Positions 33,224 to 43,245 of a DNA stretch of 64,000 bases are shown piece after piece. The DNA lies in assembly GCA_963764165.1 (NCBI GenBank), contig CAVXRD010000002.1, forward strand, positions 1,504,001-1,568,000, in the 5' to 3' direction. Below the pieces are notes generated by a model that saw only the letters and a list, made by a program, of their open reading frames with translations, was not told the origin of the DNA and did no database searches. Within the stretch, counting starts at the first letter, position 1; every line of letters begins with the position of its first letter. The stretch is from an uncultured Verrucomicrobiae bacterium (GTDB lineage: Bacteria > Verrucomicrobiota > Verrucomicrobiia > Limisphaerales > Palsa-1400). Position numbers and translations under genes: made by a program.

Positions 33224-33320
33224 GGACGCCTCGCCGAGGCGTCCGGTTGCGTGTGGAAATGTTCGCGGCTCGCGTCGGTATCACGCCTCACCCCGGACGC
33301 CTCGGCGAGGCGTCCCCACC
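33219..33320. repeat. REP doublet, family A, overlapping the stops of two convergent genes
   Basis: GGTAGGGACGCC...GGCGTCCCCACC; the uvrC TAG is the REP GTAG. Confidence 0.88.
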
Positions 33321-34009
33321 TGGCGGGCGTAGCGCAGGAAAAGCAAATCCCCGCTCCGTTTCATCGAGATCATTTCGAGGCGCGCCGCTTGCGCTAACTT
33401 CGCCACGCCAGCGCCATCCGCCAGCGTGGGAGCGTCGCGACCGCCAAAGATCAGCGGGCAGAGTGTCACGTGAACTTCATCAACCAATCCCGCTTCAAAC
33501 AGCGCGCCGTTGACCTTGCCGCCGCCTTCGCACAGCAGGCGTTTGACGTTCCATTGCGCGCGAAGCCATTTCAGCGCGGCGGCAAAATCGATTTCCGTTT
33601 TGCCGAAAACCCTGACTTCATCCGCCACCGCTTGCAACCGAAGCAAGTTTCGTTTCGCGGCGCGCCCGCTTGTCAAAATAATAATCGGCGAGAAGCGATG
33701 GCGGAAGACTTCCGCCTCGGGATCCAGCGTCCCAGCGCCGCTGACGATGACGCGCAGGTTGTATTCGGCCAGCCCGTTGCGCAACCGCTTGCGGCGGTAT
33801 CTGGCGGGGCCGGGGCCCATGTTGATCTTATCGAGATCAACCGTGCGGGCGCCGGACATGACGGCATCGGCGGAAGCGCGGAGATCGAGCAGCAGTGCGC
33901 GATCTTTGAGACCGCCGAACGGCTCGAATTTCCGGGTGGCCGGGGAAATCTTCCCGTCGGCCGTCATTGCGGCATTGAGATAAACGAAGGGCAGTTCGCG
34001 GCGGTTCAT
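33281..34009 (-). CDS. RibD C-terminal (pyrimidine reductase) domain protein
   Basis: AMTADGKI, LRASADAVMSGART, LLCEGGG. Confidence 0.88.
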   Translation of the reverse strand: MNRRELPFVYLNAAMTADGKISPATRKFEPFGGLKDRALLLDLRASADAVMSGARTVDLDKINMGPGPARYRRKRLRNGLAEYNLRVIVSGAGTLDPEAEVFRHRFSPIIILTSGRAAKRNLLRLQAVADEVRVFGKTEIDFAAALKWLRAQWNVKRLLCEGGGKVNGALFEAGLVDEVHVTLCPLIFGGRDAPTLADGAGVAKLAQAARLEMISMKRSGDLLFLRYARQVGTPRRGVRGEA

Positions 34010-35331
34010 GCGGCCGCGGGCTTTGCGCCGCCAGCCCAAACAGGCGGGTTCTTGAGATGATAAAGCATCTCGCCCGCTTTCGGGACGAGCAAAATTCCTT
34101 TGTCTTCGCGATTGGCAAATTCTTCTGGACGGAGGCTGCGTGGATCGCGGTAGCCGAGATTGATTTTGCGGCAAACTTCCTCGGAAATTCCGGTCGCGAG
34201 CGTGACGCGCGCGCGCGGCGTTTCGATGCCGCTTTCGTATGTCCCGACACCGTAGACGTGCGTGCTGTGCGCCAGCACTCCCCACTGGTAATGCTGAAAG
34301 CGGTCCCACTGTTTGAGGAAATAATCGCGGCAATGATAGCCGATCTCCAGCAGAGCCGCGCCGTGGCTCACGCAAACCTCGGCGATATGCGGCGCGTAAA
34401 TAATAAGTTCGCCGCCATCGGCCAGCACAGGCTCCAATTTGTACATGCACTTTCCGCCCGTCCAAAGTTCGTCGTACATCTCGGGCGCGCAAGACAGAAT
34501 CGTGTGAAAGGCGTGGTCCTTATAAGTGACGTGCAACGCGCGAGAGAGTTCGCTGGCCGCGTCCCACGCCGCCTCCGGCGAACCCGCGTAAATCCCAGCC
34601 ATCCCGTGTCCCTCCGTAACGAGGCAAAAACAAAGTTTTGGAGTCGCCACCATCGCGCCTGCGTGATCAACGACCCGCCGCACCGGCGTCCATTTATTGC
34701 CGATGATCATGGGATTGGTGACGACTGCGCCGAGCCAGTGGAAAAAATTCAAAATGCGCGGCCCGCTCACGCCGGGAAAAAGATATTTGTTCCCGCCGGA
34801 AAAACCGACCACCTCATGCGGAAAAACCGGGCCGGCAATAATAATCTGGTCATACTCGAACACGAGGCGATTGACTTCCACCGGCACGTCCATCGCGAAA
34901 AGCCCGCCTGTCAAATATCCAATCTCGGCGGCGGAAATGTTTCCGATTTCCCGCAGGGCTTCGGGTTTGTCCCAGGCGTGATTGTGGAACGCCACGTCGC
35001 GAAAAGTTGTGCCGCGTTCGTCTTCGGAAATTTCCAGGCGGCGGCAAATGGCCGCTTCGCTCATCGGCTGGTGCGTGCCGAGCGCGATCATGACATCCAA
35101 TTTGCTGACCGCGCCCGCCAAGTGCGCATGCACCGCCTTGAAAACGACGCCAATGGGCGCGCTGCGCGTGTTGTCGGGGACGATCATCAGCACGCGCTTG
35201 TTTCGATACTCGTCGCGAAGACATGAAATCGCCACCACGTCAGCCACCTGGGCGTCCGCGACCTGCCGGTTTTCCGGCTCGCATATCGCCAGCAAGGCAT
35301 GGGCGCTCTTCGTGTTCATCTCACCTATCAA
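34006..35331 (-). CDS. LarA-family nickel-pincer racemase/epimerase
   Basis: PDNTRS, IALGTH, PHEVVGFSGGNK. Confidence 0.88.
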   Translation of the reverse strand: MIGEMNTKSAHALLAICEPENRQVADAQVADVVAISCLRDEYRNKRVLMIVPDNTRSAPIGVVFKAVHAHLAGAVSKLDVMIALGTHQPMSEAAICRRLEISEDERGTTFRDVAFHNHAWDKPEALREIGNISAAEIGYLTGGLFAMDVPVEVNRLVFEYDQIIIAGPVFPHEVVGFSGGNKYLFPGVSGPRILNFFHWLGAVVTNPMIIGNKWTPVRRVVDHAGAMVATPKLCFCLVTEGHGMAGIYAGSPEAAWDAASELSRALHVTYKDHAFHTILSCAPEMYDELWTGGKCMYKLEPVLADGGELIIYAPHIAEVCVSHGAALLEIGYHCRDYFLKQWDRFQHYQWGVLAHSTHVYGVGTYESGIETPRARVTLATGISEEVCRKINLGYRDPRSLRPEEFANREDKGILLVPKAGEMLYHLKNPPVWAGGAKPAAA

Positions 35332-35353
35332 TATAACGCCCGGCAGGCGGGAC

Positions 35354-36007
35354 TCAAACCGATTGAGCGCGGAACTTTTTTATGACGGCGACGTATTCGG
35401 CCGCCATCTTCGCCAGCTCATCCCATTTCTGTTCGCGCAAAATTCTTGGTGACACGAGGTTGCTGCCGACACCCAGGGCCGCGCAGCCCACCGCCAGAAA
35501 TTCCGGCGCAGTTTGCAGAGTCACGCCGCTTGTCGGCACAATTTTCAAATGCGGCAGCGGGTTGCGCAAGGCTCGGACGAAGTTTGGCCCTTCGACCGGA
35601 AATAATTTCACCAAATCCGCCCCCGCTTCGTAAGCGACTTGCGCTTCAGTGGGCGTGAATGCGCCCATCACCATCGCGCATCCGCCCGCCTTCGCCACGG
35701 GCACAATCTCGGGGCGCGTGATCGGCGTCACGATAAATTGAGCGCCTGCGTCAATTGTGGCCTGGCACATTTGCGGCGTGATCACCGAGCCGGCGCCCGT
35801 AATGGCCACCGAGGCAAAGCGCTTCGAGGCCTCGCGAATGCAGTCGAGCGCGTTCGGCGTCGTCATGGTGATTTCCAAGGCGGTGATGCCGCCCGCGACC
35901 AGCGCTTCGCAAACGGCCATGATATGTTCGGAACTGTCGGCGCGAATGACGGGAATGATTCCCGGATTCAACAGGCGGGCGAGATTGGAATCGTGAGTGG
36001 TCACCAA
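35354..36007 (-). CDS. eda: KDPG/KHG aldolase
   Basis: PVIR, LEITM, GAQFIVTP, TPTE, VKLFP. Confidence 0.88.
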   Translation of the reverse strand: MVTTHDSNLARLLNPGIIPVIRADSSEHIMAVCEALVAGGITALEITMTTPNALDCIREASKRFASVAITGAGSVITPQMCQATIDAGAQFIVTPITRPEIVPVAKAGGCAMVMGAFTPTEAQVAYEAGADLVKLFPVEGPNFVRALRNPLPHLKIVPTSGVTLQTAPEFLAVGCAALGVGSNLVSPRILREQKWDELAKMAAEYVAVIKKFRAQSV

Positions 36008-36045
36008 AAAAGAATAGATTCACAACCGGGCGCGACAAGCCTAAT

Positions 36046-37908
36046 TTGCGGCCCGTGAATGTGAATGTGCCAAGTCCGCGCGTGTGCCGGTGCATCATCG
36101 TGCTGCTGGCCGTCCTCGCGTGGGGCGCAACTGTCAAATACAAGTTCGTATGGGACGATCAATCCTTCATCACCGACAATGCCGGCATCCGTTCGCTCAA
36201 GAACATTCCGGCGATGTTTTATTCCCGCATTGCCGAGGCATCCATCCCGACGGATTTTCCAAATTTCCGCCCTGTCCGCAACGTGGCTTACGCGCTGCTG
36301 TTTCAAGTGGGCGGCGGGCAAGTGCGAAATTGGATTTTTCACCTGGCGAACATAATTGGCCACGCGGGGGCAGCGTGGTTGTTATTTGAGGTTGCCGCGC
36401 TCCTGTTCGCGAGACTTGGCGAGACCGTGGGCCGCTGGGCCGCTTTGATGGTCGGCGGGGCATTTGCGATCAATCCGGCGGCATCCGAAGTCGTGTGCTG
36501 GGCAAAATCGCTGGACGACATTCTCGCCACGGTTTTCATTCTGGCGTCGATGCGGCAAATCATTTTGTGGCGCGGAGAAAAAGGACGGCTGGCCTTGGCG
36601 CTCGCGTTTTTTTTCCTTGCCTCCTATACCAAGGAGAATGCCGTCGCGTTCGCCGGGTTGGTTTTCTTCGTCTGGCGGTTCGTTCATAAATTAGAGTGGA
36701 AACGCTGCGCGGTAATGACGATGCCTTTCGCCGTGGTTGCAGTTATATATATGACAAACCGCCAGCTCGTGCTGGGGCAGGCGGCGCAATGCGCGCCCAT
36801 CTCGGGCAGCTATGGGCAGACGCTGATTGATACGCTGCCGGCGATCACGATTTATTTCCGGCTGCTGTGGGGAATCCCGCCGTTCCTCATTGATTACACC
36901 AACATGCACGGACACCTCGCCATTGTCTCCGGCAAGGTCCTTATGGGATTGTGCCTGCTGCTCGTTTGGGTGGCTGCGGTGTGGATGGCGTGGCGGCGCG
37001 AAAGGCTTTATCCCGCGCTGCTGGGGCTGTTATGGCTGGGATTTTTCCTGCTGCCGGTTTCCAACTTGATTCCGATGATGCAGTATCTCGCCGAGCGTTT
37101 TCTCTATTTGCCGATGGCGGGATGGCTGCTGGCGGTGGGGGCAGCAGCGGCAGAAGTGACAGCATGGTCCGTGAGGCGAGGCTCCAGTACCGCTGTTTCC
37201 AATGAAGATGGTAGGGACGCCTCGCCGAGGCGTCCGGTTGCGCGTGAAAACTTTTATGGGCCGCACTGTTCAACGACGCCTCACCCCGGACGCCTCGGCG
37301 AGGCGTCCCTACCTTCACAAGACAGTTCATTGGCAGCCTCGCCCTACCATAATTCTGGGATTCGCACGACCTTCGCCATTGCCGCTGTTTTCTTTGCGTT
37401 TTGGCTGTATGAATCTTGGGATCGCGAAACCATCTGGCATGATGAAGTGACTTTGTTTGTTCGCAGCAGCCTCGATAATCCGGGTCATGCGCGCTTGCGC
37501 GAAAATGCGCTGGCATCGATTTTCCGGCTGCCTTCGGTTCACTCCGATTTCGGGATTGATGACCGCACGCGCGAACTTGTGGCCGCGCCCTCCATCCCGC
37601 GCAACGAGGCGGAAGAGATGATTCCCACCCTTCGGCAAGGCCACGAATTGCTGCCGGACGAACCGCGCCTGACTTCGGCGCTTGGCATTGCCTACGCGAT
37701 GGCCGGGCAGATTTCCAATGCGGTGCCGTGTTTCGAGCTGGCCACCAGGCAATCGCCCAAGGAGGCGCGAAGCTGGATTGATTTGGGCTCGGCCTATTTT
37801 GTCGAAAAGAATTTCACGGGCGCGCGACAGGCATGGGGGACTGCCTTGCTATTGGAGCCGACGAACAAAATGGCGCAGGAACATCTTCGTGCGCTTGACA
37901 AGGAATGA
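36046..37908 (+). CDS. TMTC-like GT-C membrane glycosyltransferase with C-terminal TPR; carries an in-frame REP insert
   Basis: FVWDD, FRPV, KENA, AERFLYLP, WHDEVTLF, TPR. Confidence 0.82.
   Translation: MRPVNVNVPSPRVCRCIIVLLAVLAWGATVKYKFVWDDQSFITDNAGIRSLKNIPAMFYSRIAEASIPTDFPNFRPVRNVAYALLFQVGGGQVRNWIFHLANIIGHAGAAWLLFEVAALLFARLGETVGRWAALMVGGAFAINPAASEVVCWAKSLDDILATVFILASMRQIILWRGEKGRLALALAFFFLASYTKENAVAFAGLVFFVWRFVHKLEWKRCAVMTMPFAVVAVIYMTNRQLVLGQAAQCAPISGSYGQTLIDTLPAITIYFRLLWGIPPFLIDYTNMHGHLAIVSGKVLMGLCLLLVWVAAVWMAWRRERLYPALLGLLWLGFFLLPVSNLIPMMQYLAERFLYLPMAGWLLAVGAAAAEVTAWSVRRGSSTAVSNEDGRDASPRRPVARENFYGPHCSTTPHPGRLGEASLPSQDSSLAASPYHNSGIRTTFAIAAVFFAFWLYESWDRETIWHDEVTLFVRSSLDNPGHARLRENALASIFRLPSVHSDFGIDDRTRELVAAPSIPRNEAEEMIPTLRQGHELLPDEPRLTSALGIAYAMAGQISNAVPCFELATRQSPKEARSWIDLGSAYFVEKNFTGARQAWGTALLLEPTNKMAQEHLRALDKE
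37210..37313. repeat. REP doublet, family A, inside a CDS
   Basis: GGTAGGGACGCC...GGCGTCCCTACC. Confidence 0.9.
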
Positions 37909-38014
37909 GCGCCGCCAAAGATGGCCGCGGCATTCCATAAGCGTCAGCCTGACTTCCGTTGAGGCGGAAGTGGACCCGCCTCCGATTGCAAAAACCGAAC
38001 CGCCGCAGAAGGAG

Positions 38015-38446
38015 ATGGCGTCAAGCTCAGCGCCTCCTCCCCCGGCTTCAATGCGCAAGCCCGCGGCGAGTCTTGCCACGACCCAGCGCAAACCCGTGCT
38101 TTCGGCAGTTCAGACCTCAACCGACAAAACACCCATTTTGGATCCCGCCGCCCGAAGGGCATTAAGCTTGGCAGGCAGCGATCCCGATGCGGAGATGTAT
38201 TGGTTGTCCGCTATCAACAATCCGGAGATCCCCGCTGAGGAGCAAAAAGATTTAATCGAGGATCTCAATGAATACGGCATCTCCGACCCGAAGAACCCCA
38301 GCCCGGATGACAGGCCGTTGACTTGGAGCCGAACCGAACTCATCGAAGAAATTGCTCTCGATGCCATGGACGGAATGAATGCCGCCGCCTTAGCGGAGGC
38401 CCACAAGGACCGCATGAATCTCGGTTGCGGCCTTCCACCTGATTGA
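38015..38446 (+). CDS. Hypothetical protein, possibly N-terminally truncated
   Basis: Protein-like acidic helical C-terminal part (DLIEDLNEYG); start uncertain. Confidence 0.5.
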   Translation: MASSSAPPPPASMRKPAASLATTQRKPVLSAVQTSTDKTPILDPAARRALSLAGSDPDAEMYWLSAINNPEIPAEEQKDLIEDLNEYGISDPKNPSPDDRPLTWSRTELIEEIALDAMDGMNAAALAEAHKDRMNLGCGLPPD

Positions 38447-38531
38447 GGCTGCGCAGGGGCGCCCTTGCGCCCATTATAAGTCCATTCCGTGCTTGAATAG
38501 TTCGCCATAGTGAGGCTAACTGGCAAGTAAC

Positions 38532-39494
38532 ATGAGGATAGCCGCAGCCTACTTGACGCTGTTCCTGCTGATGGTGTCCGCCCATGTGGTTAAGGCTAGC
38601 ATTGAGCCGATGACTGTCTACGGCAGCGACTACGTGCGCATTGCCGATTGGTGCCGGGCCAACGCCTGCACCATGAAGTGGGACAAATCCGACGAGATGG
38701 TGGAGGTCTCCGGCACGAATACCCGGGTCAATTTCACCATCGATTCGCGGCGCGCGCAAATCGCGGGCGTGACCGTCTGGATGTCGCTGCCCGTGATCAA
38801 TCGCGGCGGCGTGCCGATGGTGGCGCTGATGGACATTCGTTCGACACTGGCGCCATTGCTCGCCCCGAGAAAAACCACATCGCGCATCCAGACCATCTGC
38901 CTTGACCCCGGCCACGGCGGCCGGGACGGCGGCAAGGCCGAAGGCACCAATTTCGAAAAGAAATACACACTGCTCCTGGCCCAGGAAACGGCCTGCCTTC
39001 TCAAACAACAGGGATTCAAAGTGTTGTTGACCCGCACGAACGACCAGGCCGTGGAGCTGTGTGACAGGCCGCAAATAGCGTCTCGTCGCGGGGCCGATCT
39101 TTTCGTCAGTTTGCACTACAATTCCGCCGAACCCTCCGTGCATGGCGTGGAAGTTTTTTGCCTGACGCCGCCTGGCTCAAATTCCAGCGATGACGGCGGC
39201 GGAAAATCGAGCCGCCCGGCGGAAATGGGCAACCTTACGGATGATCACAACGTCCTGCTTGGCTACCAGGTTCAGCGGAGCATCACGCGCAACCTGCCGC
39301 TGGAGGATTTGGGGGTGAAGCGCTCGCGTTTCGAGGTGCTGCGGATGGCGCGCATCCCCGCCATTCTGGTTGAGGGCGGCTTCCTGTCAAATTCCGAGGA
39401 TGCCAGAAATATAAGCGACACGGAATTTCGCAAAAAGATGGCGCGCGCAATTGTGGACGGCATCATCGCCTACCGTGCCGCCGTGACAAATTAA
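38532..39494 (+). CDS. N-acetylmuramoyl-L-alanine amidase (Amidase_3)
   Basis: LDPGHGG, EK, FVSLHYN, ILVEGGF. Confidence 0.92.
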   Translation: MRIAAAYLTLFLLMVSAHVVKASIEPMTVYGSDYVRIADWCRANACTMKWDKSDEMVEVSGTNTRVNFTIDSRRAQIAGVTVWMSLPVINRGGVPMVALMDIRSTLAPLLAPRKTTSRIQTICLDPGHGGRDGGKAEGTNFEKKYTLLLAQETACLLKQQGFKVLLTRTNDQAVELCDRPQIASRRGADLFVSLHYNSAEPSVHGVEVFCLTPPGSNSSDDGGGKSSRPAEMGNLTDDHNVLLGYQVQRSITRNLPLEDLGVKRSRFEVLRMARIPAILVEGGFLSNSEDARNISDTEFRKKMARAIVDGIIAYRAAVTN

Positions 39495-40027
39495 TGAGCA
39501 TCGCAACCAAGACAGGCGACGGTGGCGCCACCGGCCTGATGTATAACCGCCGCGTCTCCAAATGCCATCCGCGTGTCGAAGCCTACGGCTCAGTGGATGA
39601 ATTGAACGCCGCCATCGGTATGGCTCGCGCCTCCACCACGGACCCGGCCCAAAATTCCCGGCTGGAGGGCATTCAGAAGGACCTCGTCATCCTCATGGGA
39701 GAATTGGCCACGAAGGCCGAGGATTTGCCGCGCTACGTGAAGGATGGATTTTCCGTCGTGACGAGTGAACTGACGGCGAAGATCGACATCATTGTGCGCG
39801 AGATCGAGGCCCAGAATATTTCCTTCAAAGGCTGGGCCACCCCCGGCGCAAACATGGCCTCCGCCGCGCTCGATGTGGCCCGCACCACCTGCCGACGGGC
39901 GGAGCGCCGGGTCTGCGCGCTTCAGGAAGCCAGCCAGCTTGAGAACAGCGAAATTATTATTTACTTGAACCGGCTCTCCGACGCGCTGTGGCTGATGGCG
40001 AGGCAGGCTGAAAAATTAAATGATTAA
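39494..40027 (+). CDS. PduO-type corrinoid adenosyltransferase
   Basis: TKTGDGG.T, GSVDELNA, RRAER, YLNRLSD. Confidence 0.93.
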   Translation: MSIATKTGDGGATGLMYNRRVSKCHPRVEAYGSVDELNAAIGMARASTTDPAQNSRLEGIQKDLVILMGELATKAEDLPRYVKDGFSVVTSELTAKIDIIVREIEAQNISFKGWATPGANMASAALDVARTTCRRAERRVCALQEASQLENSEIIIYLNRLSDALWLMARQAEKLND

Positions 40028-41062
40028 CATCGCATCGCCGTAGCTGAAAAAGCGGTAACGCAGCGCGACAGCTTCCTTGTAGGCGCGCAAAATTCGCTCG
40101 CGCCCCTCCATCCCGCCTGGCGCGGCAAACGCGGAGACGAGCATCAGCAGTGTCGAGCGCGGCAGGTGAAAATTCGTCACCAGCGCATCCACTGTCTTGA
40201 ATTTGCATGGCGGATGGATAAAAATTCTCGTGCGGCCCGCGCCCGGCTGCATCGTGCTTTCCAAGACGCGCAGCGAGGTCGTCCCGCCTGCGAAAACGCG
40301 TCGGCCATTTCGTTTGGCTTCCGCAACCGCGCCGGCTGTTTCCTCGCTTAGAACGAAGCGCTCTTCGTGCATGACGTGGTCTTCAATGTTGTCCGCCTTC
40401 ACCGGCGCGAACGTGCCAAGGCCAACGTGCAGCGTGACGAAACAAACGCGAACTCCGCGCTCGCGAATCCTTCCCAGCAACTCCTCCGTGAAATGCAGAC
40501 CCGCCGTGGGAGCAGCGACAGAACCCGCCGCGCGCGCGTAAACGGTCTGATAGCGCTCCCGATCCGCGAATTCTTCGGCGGGCCGCTCGATGTAAGGCGG
40601 CAGGGGAATTTCGCCGAGACGATCAACTTCCTCCAAAATATCCCGCGGCCCCTCGAATTTCAGCTTGCGATGCCCCTGTCCGTTTACCTCCTCCACGGTG
40701 GCCTCGAATGCCGGACGTTTTGTTTTGTCAAGTATTTGGATTCTTCCTCCGGGTTTGGCGCGGCGGCCCGGGCGCATCATGGCCCACCAGTTGTTCGGCG
40801 CGGTTTCCTCCAGCAGCAGCACTTCATAATGTCCGCCGGTCGCGGGATTCTGGGCTCGCAGGCGGGCCGGGATGACTCGCGAATCGTTGAGAACCAGCAC
40901 ATCGCCGGGCGAAAAGTATTCGAGCAAATCCGCAAAGCGCCGGTGCGCCAGCCCTTCCGCGCGGCGGTTGAACACGAGCAGCCGGGATTGGTCGCGCTGC
41001 GGTTCAGGCGTCTGCGCGATCAATTCGGGCGGCAGTTCGTAATCAAAATCAGCGGAGCGCAT
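40016..41062 (-). CDS. queA: S-adenosylmethionine:tRNA ribosyltransferase-isomerase
   Basis: FDYELP..LIAQ, PLPPYI, AAPTAGLHF, TNFHLP, YRFFSYGDAM. Confidence 0.96.
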   Translation of the reverse strand: MRSADFDYELPPELIAQTPEPQRDQSRLLVFNRRAEGLAHRRFADLLEYFSPGDVLVLNDSRVIPARLRAQNPATGGHYEVLLLEETAPNNWWAMMRPGRRAKPGGRIQILDKTKRPAFEATVEEVNGQGHRKLKFEGPRDILEEVDRLGEIPLPPYIERPAEEFADRERYQTVYARAAGSVAAPTAGLHFTEELLGRIRERGVRVCFVTLHVGLGTFAPVKADNIEDHVMHEERFVLSEETAGAVAEAKRNGRRVFAGGTTSLRVLESTMQPGAGRTRIFIHPPCKFKTVDALVTNFHLPRSTLLMLVSAFAAPGGMEGRERILRAYKEAVALRYRFFSYGDAMLII

Positions 41063-41148
41063 CGAAGAGGACGTTTATAGCTCTATTCGTTCTATTCGTC
41101 CTATAAAAATTTGCCGAAGACCCGCGGCGCTGGCTCGCTGCAGTGCCC

Positions 41149-42078
41149 TCAGTGGGAGGTTTGCGCCTTGTGATACGTCAGGTTGATCGACCACCAGCAT
41201 TCCTGGAGATCGCAACGGATGGCATTGGCGTTGAGCAGTTCAACGTGGCTGTCGGCGAAAGCGTAATTGGCCTTGTTGTCATGGCGCTGGCAGCCGTATT
41301 GGCCCTCTTGCAAGCGGTTGAAGCCCGGCAAATCCTCCGAGCCCGCGCTGCCGGTGTTGCTGTTCTTGATCCACCAACTGTCGTCGGCCCAATTGCCAGG
41401 CTTCCCGCAGCCGCCATCGCCGTACCAGATCAGTTTGCTTGCGGTGGAAATCTCGGTGGAGCGATGCAGGCCCTCATAATAATCCGGCGTCGGGCGGCCG
41501 AACGGCATGCTGGCGGTTTGCGCGGAGGGATTCGGGTTTCCGTCCACATGAATCCAGTGCGCGCCCGCGACGCCGATGCCGCTCTGGTTCCATTTCTCAT
41601 AATCGCCACCGGCGGCGGACACCATGGGCCCGGCGACGCCAATGCCGGTCTGCGACCAATCCGTGCCCGGGCTCAGGGGAAAGCCGCCATAAGAGGCGTC
41701 GTAGGCGGAAATGCCGTCCGCGTAGACAGCCTCCCGTTCGGCCGGGCAATCGTAAATGTTTTTGCTGTGCGCGATGTATTCCCACAGAATCACCCGGTAG
41801 GTCGTTTCAACCCCGGTCGCGTCAATGGTGGTTTGGAGAGGATTGAGCCAATTGGCATTGTCGAGGGAGTAATTCATCGAGGCCACGGTCAACTCGCGCT
41901 GATTGGATTTGCAAACGGCCGTGCGGCCCGCCTCTTGGGCTTCTCCCAAAACCGGCAGCAGCAACGAGGCGAGAATGGCGATGATGGCGATGACGACGAG
42001 AAGCTCGATCAGAGTAAACCCCCGCATCGGCAAACGGAAAAGCAACGAACCCCTTCCTTTTGTGGGACTGGCCAACAC
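41149..42078 (-). CDS. Prepilin-type N-terminal cleavage/methylation protein with H-X9-DG-like motif
   Basis: [38 protein letters not shown]. Confidence 0.9.
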   Translation of the reverse strand: MLASPTKGRGSLLFRLPMRGFTLIELLVVIAIIAILASLLLPVLGEAQEAGRTAVCKSNQRELTVASMNYSLDNANWLNPLQTTIDATGVETTYRVILWEYIAHSKNIYDCPAEREAVYADGISAYDASYGGFPLSPGTDWSQTGIGVAGPMVSAAGGDYEKWNQSGIGVAGAHWIHVDGNPNPSAQTASMPFGRPTPDYYEGLHRSTEISTASKLIWYGDGGCGKPGNWADDSWWIKNSNTGSAGSEDLPGFNRLQEGQYGCQRHDNKANYAFADSHVELLNANAIRCDLQECWWSINLTYHKAQTSH

Positions 42079-42213
42079 ATGCGCATGCTGGCATAATCCG
42101 TTTGTTTGTCAACGGCGCAACGGCAAGCGCCCGACTGGGTCGTGTTACTCCCATTATTCCCGTCAGCCCTATCTTAATGCCGGGAATGGGAATAATAGGA
42201 TGTGTAGGCTGGC

Positions 42214-43194
42214 TTACGCCTTCTTCGCTTTGATCTGGCTTTCGATCCAGTTGTAGGTCTTTTCCAAGCCGACGCGCAATTTAACATTTGGCTCCCAACC
42301 GAGCAGTTTCTTGATCAGCGTGTTGTCGGAATTGCGGCCATTGACTCCTTTCGGAGCTTTCAAATTGTAAGAGCGCTTGAGCTTGATGCCTGCGATGTCT
42401 TCCGCGATGTCCACCAATTGATTGATCGACACCATCTCGCTGCTGCCGAGGTTGATTGGCTCAATGATCTCGCTGGCGGTGATGGCCTGGATGCCGTGCA
42501 GGCAATCGTCGATATACATGAAGCTGCGGGTCTGATGGCCGTCACCCCAAATTTCGATTTCGTGTTTTCCAGACAGCTTGGCCTCGATCACCTTGCGGCA
42601 AATGGCGGCGGGAGCCTTTTCGCGTCCGCCGTCGTAGGTGCCGAACGGCCCGTAGACGTTGTGGAAACGGGCCACGCGCGTGATCATCCCGAAATCTTCG
42701 CGGAAATGGCGGCACATGCGTTCGCTGAAAAGTTTTTCCCAGCCATAGCCGTCTTCGGGCAGCGCGGGATACGCGTCGGATTCCTTGAGGGCGGTGAGGT
42801 TTGGATCAGTCTGTTTCTCGCCGTTGTAAACGCAGGCGGAGGAAGCGTAAAAGAAGCGGTCAACGCCAACCGGCTTGGCAGCCATCAGCAGGTGCGTGTT
42901 GATCAGCACCGAAAGCATGCAAAGCGCGCGGTTGTTCTCGATGAAACCCATGCCACCCATGTCAGCGGCGAGATTGTAAATCGTCTTTGCGCCTTTGACG
43001 GCCTGTTCGCAGGCTTCGATCTTCTGGAGGTCCAGCACCAGGTTTTCGACGTCTGGAAAAACCTGGTACCAATCGCCGACGGGCTTGATGTCCACCGAAC
43101 AAAGATTGGTGAATCCCTGGCGCCTAAGATCAGCAATCAAATGGCCGCCAATGAAGCCGCCACCCCCGCAGACAACGATACGATCAGATTTCAT
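42214..43194 (-). CDS. NAD-dependent epimerase (GDP-mannose 3,5-epimerase-like)
   Basis: GGGGFIG, LAADMGGMGFI, YGWEK, GGREKAPAA. Confidence 0.9.
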   Translation of the reverse strand: MKSDRIVVCGGGGFIGGHLIADLRRQGFTNLCSVDIKPVGDWYQVFPDVENLVLDLQKIEACEQAVKGAKTIYNLAADMGGMGFIENNRALCMLSVLINTHLLMAAKPVGVDRFFYASSACVYNGEKQTDPNLTALKESDAYPALPEDGYGWEKLFSERMCRHFREDFGMITRVARFHNVYGPFGTYDGGREKAPAAICRKVIEAKLSGKHEIEIWGDGHQTRSFMYIDDCLHGIQAITASEIIEPINLGSSEMVSINQLVDIAEDIAGIKLKRSYNLKAPKGVNGRNSDNTLIKKLLGWEPNVKLRVGLEKTYNWIESQIKAKKA

Positions 43195-43245
43195 ATAATA
43201 GAGGGATGACTCTATCTCACAGACAACGAAAATCAATACGATTCG

